Assembly: GCF_000150275.1 (NCBI RefSeq)
Contig: NW_002060950.1
Span: 1,910,106-1,974,105 of the forward strand
DNA length: 64,000 bases
Direction: 5' to 3'
From: Trichoplax adhaerens
Lineage: Eukaryota > Animalia > Placozoa
Under the pieces are notes generated by a model that saw only the letters and a program-made list of their open reading frames with translations, did no database searches and was not told the origin of the DNA. The position numbers and the translations under genes are program-made. Each line of letters starts with the position of its first letter. Position 1 is the stretch's first letter. Shown here in pieces: positions 54,800-64,000 of this stretch.

Positions 54800-57700
54800 T
54801 GATCACTAGTTAAATTGAAATCTTCGTTAATTGAAATTTCGGTCGTATTTATAGGGTAGAAGCGGTTAGAAATAATTCAGTGGCAGGAACTTGCATACCA
54901 GTCTTCAATATTCGATATAATAATGACAACGATATCTTTTATGATAGTTTTAGATTAGTATTAATTAGTGTCGAAATTCGTCAACGATTTTTTATTGTGG
55001 TCTTAATAACGAATTGAAATACAAAATCATTGAATTTTATTCTGTCTAAATTATATGGCCATGTACATTATGGTAAGTTATTAGCTAAGAAAGCCGACTT
55101 AAAATTGGTTATTTCGTTGATAGAATTGCAAATATAAATAGAAATTGTATTAAATAAAATACTGTATCTTAGGGTAGTCCTCTATATGATGGTGTTGATC
55201 TAATAGCGCTTTATGAAATTATTTGGATATCAGAGATATTTGCCGTACTTTCTACTTCGATAACGCTCACATAACTGGTTTGATATCAATTAAGGAAGAA
55301 TTTGATATAAAGGTACGGCCTGTTAATCCATAACGGTTTATTTATGTTCAATATCTTAATTGCTTCTTATTCTTTCTAAACATTTGCATGAATCTTATTA
55401 TGACGAGAGCTAATTGCTTGCTATAGAAGATGCTATGAAAAGGATCTACGATTATAGCTTAAATAAATCGTTTACACAAGCAGTGATATAAGTAAATCGC
55501 TGGCGCATATCTGCATGTAGAAAAGAATTACGATAAAGTAAAATGTGCTAGTTCTGATGTAAAGAAACTATTTTTTAGTTACCCTATGTATATTTGGAAT
55601 CTAGAAGTATAAATTATCCTTTTTGTACCTGTCACGTTCTGTAATAGTTACATAATTAGTATGTTACCTTCTTTCTATATATGGTTAAATATCACGATGT
55701 TATCACGTCAGGCGTATATAGATGTAGTTATGGTACTATATTAAGGTTATCTATATATGTATTCTCATGTTGCCATACTTGGCATGATAGTCTATTTGTA
55801 ATGACTAAACTAGGGAAACCTTTCTGTTGGTGATGATCTTGTGATCTACGTCAGTAGATCAAAGGTCACAATAAAGAAAGTATATAAACTCTTCGTTTTA
55901 ACAATAAAGTTAGTTCTTCAACTTGATTACTGGGTCTCCTTGCTGAGTGTAGATCTAGTACTTGTTACAAAATTTGGAAGTTGTAACAGTGCCGGATGTT
56001 GATCCAATGAAATGTACTATGAACAGTACATCATACTGTACTAATAGTATACAAAGGAACTGATATTTACATTCTATTTGGATCATCGTATTTTTTTATT
56101 TACCGTTAGATTGTTTACGATTTTATAATGGCTATTTTTTCTAAATGAATTACTGAAAGCACATGACATACTTCTATTCAATCACGATCTAAATTACGCT
56201 GTGTTATACTAAGAACTAAATTGCGCTTAAGCTAATGTTCTTAAATTTTTTTAGCTAATTTATTTCCAAAGTTTGATGTTATATTTTATTTCCGAATATC
56301 TCCCGCACAAATACTTGATAGTTAAAATATTATAATTATAATCAATTAATCCATCATTTGATTTTATCAAAATTGATTAAAATATTATATTATTGTTATA
56401 TTACTGCCATGTAGAATATGAATCTGAACGCAGGTAACACTATGCCCACGATGTTATTATTCTTAACATTAATTAACGTATATGGAATAATTTCGAATCT
56501 GTAAACGTAGATATAGATAAAAGATTTGTTGGTGAAGATCATCAACTCTTTCTTAACCTAATGTTGTTGTTGATGCATGACCTTTCATCCCATGTTCATT
56601 ACGTAGGCTTGAAGTTTAAAATCTACTTTTAATAAATCTTTTATTATGATAATTATCAACAAAGTAGACATTTTATACAACTATGAAATCGGAAGAAAAA
56701 TTTAGAATAAAATCCCAGTGTTTCATCGCTTATTAGCTCCGATATGATTTTTTATCTCTGAATTAACTTTGAGGGTAACTTACGACATTATTTAGTGACA
56801 AGCCATTATTGAGAAATCTCAATGGGTGGAATTATTTTATATCGTCCATGGTAATATCAATATCATTTATGACATATTATTTCTTCTTCTCGCCGATTGA
56901 ATTAATATCATAGTGTTCACCCATACATAAAAAAATTCACATGTAAAATCATTCTCACTTTAATAATTAATCAATAACACTTAATGTATACAATAAGTAA
57001 GTCAGAATTATTTGTGGCGCAATCGGAATGATTAAATACGCATATAACTTTTATAAAGATTGTCTAACTAATAAATTTATTACTGCATTCTAATCTTTTT
57101 ATACATGAAAATTAAGACTGAATATTGATTAATTAATATATTATCGAAAGAGAGTGTGCATACATTAGAATATATAGCGCAAAATCTAGGGGTATTTACC
57201 ACTTAATGTTCCCCGTGTCAAAATACCTAGCAACATCACGGTTTAGATTTATTTTTAAAATTTATTTCGTCAACTCAATTCCAATATCTGTATCAAGAAA
57301 TGGGTTATGCAGATTATTCTCTTCTGGAAATATTTATATAAAAGTTTCTTATGCCAAAGAAAAAGGTAATTATAATAGCTAAAATTTGAAGAAGTTATAT
57401 TTATCGGCCCATTTCCGACGTAAGGTTATGCGACTAAATAAAGCAATGCCTATCAATTGCCATTATTAATGTTAATTTAATTCCTATAGTTTAAAAATAG
57501 AAATAACGACTGCTAGGCACTAATTAGCTAGTTAATTAGTAGATCACTTCGCTATTGTTTAGCACTATTTATATCAGATCACGTTCTTATGAGATATGTA
57601 ACTAATCAAATCATGAAGGCAGCCAGTATTGCTATAATTTTACTCTATGAAGCATGACTGCATGAGCATTATCACGCACGGAAATTTCCCCTTGTCAAAT

Positions 57701-59878
57701 CGAAAATTGTAGCAATTTTCAATTGATCATTTTTTATAGCAGATGCGACGTTTAAAAGTTAAATTTAAATTTTAACTTAAATGTAAATGCCATTACACTA
57801 GGCTGTTAATATAGCAAGTTATGAATCAAGACGAATACTAGCACATTATTTAACAAATTTTCTTCCAGTAATGATATATCAGTTTAAAGTATTGCAGTTG
57901 CCTATTGTACATAAAAATTGATAGTCTATAAATTAATACTAATGACATTGTCAAAAGATTAAGTTTATAGGGGAACAAAGGTATTCCATAAATCAGCATG
58001 ACGTCTTCAATAGTATTTTCTATCGCATAACTAATTAATTGTGCAAATTTTATCCTCCATAAGAGTAAAAAAGAACTTTATGCGTCTTTGGATTAAATTA
58101 AAGAACCTAAACTTTATTAGAACAACTACTTAATCTTTAAATTATGTCGGTCATCATTGAATAGATTACACCAGTATATTGTGGCTATAATTGTATTAAC
58201 GTTAACAACGCTAACAAATTATTTACTTTTTTACGGATTTGAGGGAAGAAATATGTAAAGCACAAATAGCGCTGTATGCTTATATAGAAAGGCGATAATA
58301 CTGTGTATATATACACATAGGACAATATAAAGCAGGCATATATTCGCCGGCGTGGTATATTGTCAATAAATCTAAGCTTTAAATTTCTCACAGTGAAAGA
58401 TTTCATAACTTACACCCATTAAATCACCACACGACAGATGTAAAAGTGAAAATTTATTCGGGTGTTATTGTATTAGTGAAATCGTCATATTTAAAGTATC
58501 ACGAATATCGACCTCCTCAATTTCGTTATGAGCATTTCACGAAACTGCAGCGTTGGCTGAAAAAATTTGATATATAAATAATAGATTGACAAAGGTCAAT
58601 TTGTTACGGTGAAATGAAATCACAATGAAATCTAAGTTCTTGTAGTATTTTCAACTATTGCAAACGTAACAGTAAATGTGTTATGTATTGGTGTTTCCTT
58701 TGAAAGATCCTCCTCGTTATAAAGTTTCACAATAGTACCGATACAGTAATTCCTTGTTCTAATAAAAATTTTTCTATGTGATTATTAATGGAATAAGTGG
58801 CATCATCTATTTTACTTTATAAACGTTATAGTACTACTTTTATTTCGCTCAAAATAAATTAGCAGACATTAAAAAAGTCATAAATGATATAACATCATCA
58901 ATCTATGAATATTTTGTAGCAGTATTAGTTTTCATATAGCTAACCCAGCAAATTTCCGAGGTGCGTTACGATTTGACGTATTATAGCTTGTTAAGCTATA
59001 TTCACTTAGGTTAATGCATAGCTGAGAATGTAAAAGGAACATTTTCCAGTACTTTAACCAAGAGCACTTTGTGACTAATTTTAGAACCACACTTCAATAT
59101 TTAAAATTCATTATGTAAGCGGTGACAACTTAAAAAGAGGAAATACGCAAATCCTCGATGAAATGTCACCTTTCTTAAATAAAATTTAATACGCTAACTT
59201 AGTCTACATCCATCTGGATTACATGAAACGCCTACTTAATTTCTGAGAATAAATAATCATAAAGCTGCATAGATCAAGTCAAGAACTTGATCAATGTTCA
59301 GAAGCTGTGCTATAAAAATCCAGGTAGATTTTAACCATGGATTACTAAAGACTATCTATCTAGTAGTACATGATTTTAATACGAAGAGTACTTAAAAAAA
59401 TGATTTATTAGCGTTATGACATATAGGTTAAAGCGAAATAAGTATCTATAACTTACAGAACGATCTATAAGAATTTTGTTTTATTAAATTTCAGTCAAGC
59501 TGCAGGTGAAAATTTTAATTATTTATTAAATTTCTAGAAGTAAGTGTGTATGCAACTGCTTATTTTAAGTCATAGACTTAAAACGTTGTTGAAATTTTAC
59601 AACTCAAAAAAGCGGAACTAAACTTATAGGGGCGGGAGAGTAGGATAAATATTTCATTCTTTACCGCTTATTGGAGCACTGTATAGACCTGCAGTTACTG
59701 ATAATGGTTCCTGTCATATGGCTTATAAAACTACGTTATACGTAATTACGTAATTAAGTAAACTGTGTGATATTAAGTCTTGCGAATCAACGTTATGAAT
59801 TCGTGATGAAATCATAGCGTTTATCCTTGTATATGGGTTAGATATTGTTACATTTATCAATGGATGAATAAATACCAG

Positions 59879-60507
59879 TGTCATAAAACAGCTTTGCAAC
59901 AAGATAACGCAATGTACGATCAATAAGTCAATTCCTTGAACCACGTATCAAGGAACGATATCTGCACTATCACAAACACTTTTGCTCTACTAGCAGACTA
60001 CACAAAAACTTAGACGCCTCGTATTTTACGTTAAACACTAAGTTTGAGAATCCTCTTTATTACACGATATACTGCATTTATATCTCTTCCTCAATAGTTC
60101 ATGAGTCAAAGTCAGTACGATTAACTTTGGAATCATTCACTGAATTAGATATTAATTTTAGGGGCTGCTCCCTTAATGCAGACAACAGTATTTACGAACA
60201 TAGACATCTGATGACTAATACAGAATAGTCAGATTACGATATGTCCTATCACGGAACATTTCCACGATAATTTACAATTTACCATAAGTAAGTTACAATC
60301 ACAATGATTCGAACTGTAAGTAGATGATTTGCATTCCCTATTATAAGTATTAATTTCAGTATGTGTATAAGTGTCACTGTCATAAAACGTCAGTGCTGTA
60401 TTACAACACAGTATATCCAAATTAGAAGTTAACTAAATAAGGATAGGCTAACAGAATTATCCTAACATAGATATTTCTACTCTAATACAGTATATAACAC
60501 TGTCACA
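59879..60507. mobile_element. Solo LTR (629 bp), same family, TSD ACCAG/ACCAA
   Basis: Starts TGTCATAAAAC, ends ACACTGTCACA. Colinear with 49534-50166 in the same orientation with scattered substitutions. Flanks ACCAG (59874-78) and ACCAA (60508-12). Confidence 0.82.
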
Positions 60508-63500
60508 ACCAACAAATAGTTATTATCAAAAGAATTTATTTCAAATCATAAAGATAGTGATAGTAAATTATCAGTATGCGTTAGATTGCCAATTTTCCGA
60601 TACCACATTATCCATCTTACTGTTATAAATGAGACTACGAAAAGTTAGATGATCGTAAGACAAATCGTGTAGTGTGGCTTATACATATTTTATTGTACCG
60701 AGCATATCTTGGCGCGGTAGACTAATATAGAAAAGTTCAACTTTAAAGTCTAAAACTTCAATGGTGAAATTTGTATCGAGCAGCTTATATTAATGTATTC
60801 ATGTGTTGTATCACGATAGTCTTTCAAGAAAGAAAAGGATTTTGCTCCTTTTAGTTGTTACATTTTAAGATATTTTATCTGTTTGAAATAGAATTAACGC
60901 TAAAATTAACTAAGTAAAAATTACTCAGTCTTATTTTAAAACTAGTTCTTCTACCATATCTGATAGTGAATTTAGCTGCTTAATGCAATACTAATTGTTT
61001 ATTTATCAATTAGAATGCTATTTCAGCGAAATACTATAAAAATGATGCTATAAATTATAGATGAGAATTTGGTTAAGAATAATGGATCGCATATTAGTCA
61101 AATTGATATCTTATGGATGTGATTTGCTATACAAAATTGTTTTGATGATCTAAATTGATAAATTAGATTTGAGGAAAGTCAGTAACATTACAAAATAATC
61201 CACTCATCTTCTCATGGGTGATATTATCAACTAGGCTGCTGAATGAAAAATCTTTCTCATAATGCGCCATCGTATGCTAATTTTCCAGGCGTAAATAAAA
61301 TATTACAGAAATATTTCATCAGTTCCAAATTGGTAAAATGACTTAAAGTACTAGCAACACTTTCAGAATTAGAGAAATAGTACATTTTCTTGACGTCAAG
61401 AGCAGCAATAGTATTCTGGGTTATCAATTGTAATCACGTATCTCTTAGTCTCTCTTTAATAGTGTAATATGTCTGAGAGGACAGTAGAGTAATTTACCTA
61501 ATTATTGATTAAACTAGATATTCGATTTCAATATTCGCATTTGACTTAAACTATTTATTACACAATGTAACAGTAAGAATACTAAAATAATACATTTGTG
61601 TCACGGTACGAACTACTGTGAAGAAATAGCTATCTAAATTTGGTTAGTATAATATAGTGATCATATATTACAACTAGTTACTTACAATAGGAATTACTCT
61701 AATTATAAATGTGTTACAGTAAATTTGGTACTGTGCTGTAATGTGCACTGAAATGATTCTGTGAATGGACATATTGTAGTCCGACTGTGAAAAATTAGTT
61801 AGTAGATGCTCTCACATAAGTATTTTTATAAGATGACTCATGAATGTTAGCTGCTGTAGAAGGGTATATAAGCCCATCAGATAGTTGAATAAAGTAGTTC
61901 TCAATTGTCTAGTTGAGTTTAACGTAGAATCAAAGGCGTCTAAATTCTTGTGAGGTAGTTAAGGGATACTGAATCTCGGAGACTATAGTAATTTAGGCTT
62001 TTGTTTTACGTTATCCTTGTCACGAAGCTGGTTTGTGATAATTTGAAAAATTGATTTTTATATTACTAGATAATAGTATTACTTCTACGCTCAGGTAATT
62101 TTAATGACAATTATATAATAGACTAAGTAAGATTTAAGGTATAACCATTCGTAGCGAGTTGTTTGCATATTTAAAGTTCATTTTACTAATATGAAATTTA
62201 TTGTTATAATGTGATGCTGCATAACATACTAACGTTACTAATGGAGATGTAAATGAACTTCCACAGAGCTATCATAAAGAACTTGCTAGCTTGGTCAATG
62301 TTTAAATATTTGGTTATAATAAACAGAAGTGCTTAGTTATTGCATGTTAAGCATGGTTTACTTGCCATTAAAAAATACCTTCCATTTTACTGCTAATTTT
62401 ATTCATCAATCTGCAAATCAGATGATATTTCTGTTGCAAGAATATATTGCCATGTTATAAAATACCGTTTTATGATGTTTGTCGTTTACTATTTATTTTT
62501 TTAACTATTTTTGATACATATTTCAAATCCGCTCTCATCAAGCTAAAGATTTTTACATTTTATACCACTCGATCTGTAAATGGATTAGTGTTCAACTAAA
62601 TTATAATCCTTATATCATAAAGTATAGGTATTCATATATAATATTCTACTTCAATATTCTTTACTTCCTGTGATATATACCAATCACGAAATTCCAAATT
62701 TTAGAAAAATAAGGGCTTTATTGAATCTTATACAAAGATTAACTACACAGCTCTACTCTAGCCGAATACTACTTCTAAAGACTTCTACAACGAACTAACA
62801 GAATAATCTAAAGTTGCATGCTTTTATACTTTTCGTAGCATTCGCAGCTACAATCCGCATGGCAACCTTTTACCTTATTTTACACATAGTTAAATTATTC
62901 TTAGTAAGACTATTCTACTGCGGACCATCATTAATCCAATATAGATACGACTACAGTACTTACGTAGACATTATTCACACCAGCCAAAGTACAATGAATT
63001 AACCATATCCTAATATATGATTTACAGTTCTATTTTTACCTATAGCCATATTAGTAACTCAACAGCTTACTGTATATAGTCATCTGTACTCTAGCATAGC
63101 GTCTCTACCACTACAGTCTATAGTTACAGCTACCAAATATCTCTTAGGATAAATATCTACCGTACATTATACTACACATGGCTAACGGTCTACAATCACA
63201 ATACTAAGTTACATTACACTTCCCTTCTTTAGTTATGACAATTCCGACTAATTCAATGAATTTATCCTCGTTACGCTTTAATAAAAGTAAAAGCCTATTG
63301 TTTCTTTTCCTGTAGGAGGTTCCATATCGAAATAAATTACTCTTAATGTAATCCAGATGTCCGCGGTAGCGGTTGGTATCAAAGACAAGATTCTTCTACA
63401 GTAAAAAAGTTGCAAATTATATAATCTTCAAATCGTTAGTATTAGTAAATGGTAAATTAATTACTAACCTACAGCAATCGGTGAAAATTTATCTCCATTC

Positions 63501-63893
63501 CGCGTAAGATCTAATATGGTTATAAAATATTTTTTCGTGAAGACAGTCGAGATCTGTCAATATCGATGTTTTTCTCAATGCAGGCCATTGTTAAGGCATC
63601 TACAAGATGCATTATTAGATAAATCATTTTCACTTGTCCAATGCAAGAATTAAAACGCAAACCTTGATCATTCAACCTAATCATACGGAGTAAATATTAT
63701 CAGACTGGTCTATCCTTACTACGACAATCTATTGATATTGTTAAAATTACGAGGATTACAGTGTTACAAATAAGATTAATCTGTATCGTGATAGCGAAAT
63801 AAAATAATGTCTACTTTTTATCAGATATTTATTCGTGTCTTTCGAAGAGATTCATTACTGTATAGCAAAGCACACAGAGTTTGCATCGCAGTT

Positions 63894-63943
63894 NNNNNNN
63901 NNNNNNNNNNNNNNNNNNNNNNNNNNNNNNNNNNNNNNNNNNN
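63894..63943. other. Assembly gap (50 N)
   Basis: Run of N. Confidence 1.
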
Positions 63944-64000
63944 CAATGATTAATTCTATATATATGGGTCTTATCAATTAATTTTTTTGACAATTGAATA

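Noticed and set aside
53179-57690. kappaB-like sites GGGGAATTCC (53179) and GGAAATTTCCCC (57679) near gene B
   Set aside because: Two short matches in tens of kb cannot be distinguished from chance, and NF-kB presence in the host is unverified.
49534-60507. A single full-length ~11-kb LTR retrotransposon
   Set aside because: Each copy has its own TSD, the outer flanks do not match (GAAGT vs ACCAA), and no gag/pol ORF lies between them; the interval holds host gene B.
55920-63700. Scattered exon-like snippets (e.g. ~55930-56015 -, ~63340-63395 -; also ~48135-48220 -)
   Set aside because: They could not be joined into a consistent gene or matched to any recognisable family.

Overview
AT-rich, intron-containing eukaryotic DNA from an animal with a compact genome. 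A placozoan (Trichoplax-like) origin is my inference from base composition, short introns and gene content; it is not proven. The first 26 kb is gene-dense. It holds spliced genes for TBC1D12/14 (+), an evectin/PLEKHB-like PH protein (-), SH3BP2 (+), SMYD5 (+) and UNG (+), plus tRNA-Leu(TAA) (-) and an unidentified, possibly decaying spliced gene (-). Their 5' regions are marked by clusters of a palindromic TACTGTACAGTA/(TACTG)n motif. The remaining ~38 kb looks like a gene desert in the ORF track. Manual splicing reveals two convergent, paralogous genes for secreted, mainly alpha-helical proteins (43347-45347 +; 52144-54799 -) and a possible truncated third copy. Their helix pattern, conserved Cys and intron phases (1,0,0,0) resemble long-chain class-I helical cytokines (IL-6/G-CSF/GH/Unpaired-like). 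Two solo LTRs of one family, each with a 5-bp TSD and a STAT-type GAS motif, sit within and next to this cluster. All gene models were spliced and translated by hand, and family assignments rest on recalled motifs rather than database searches.
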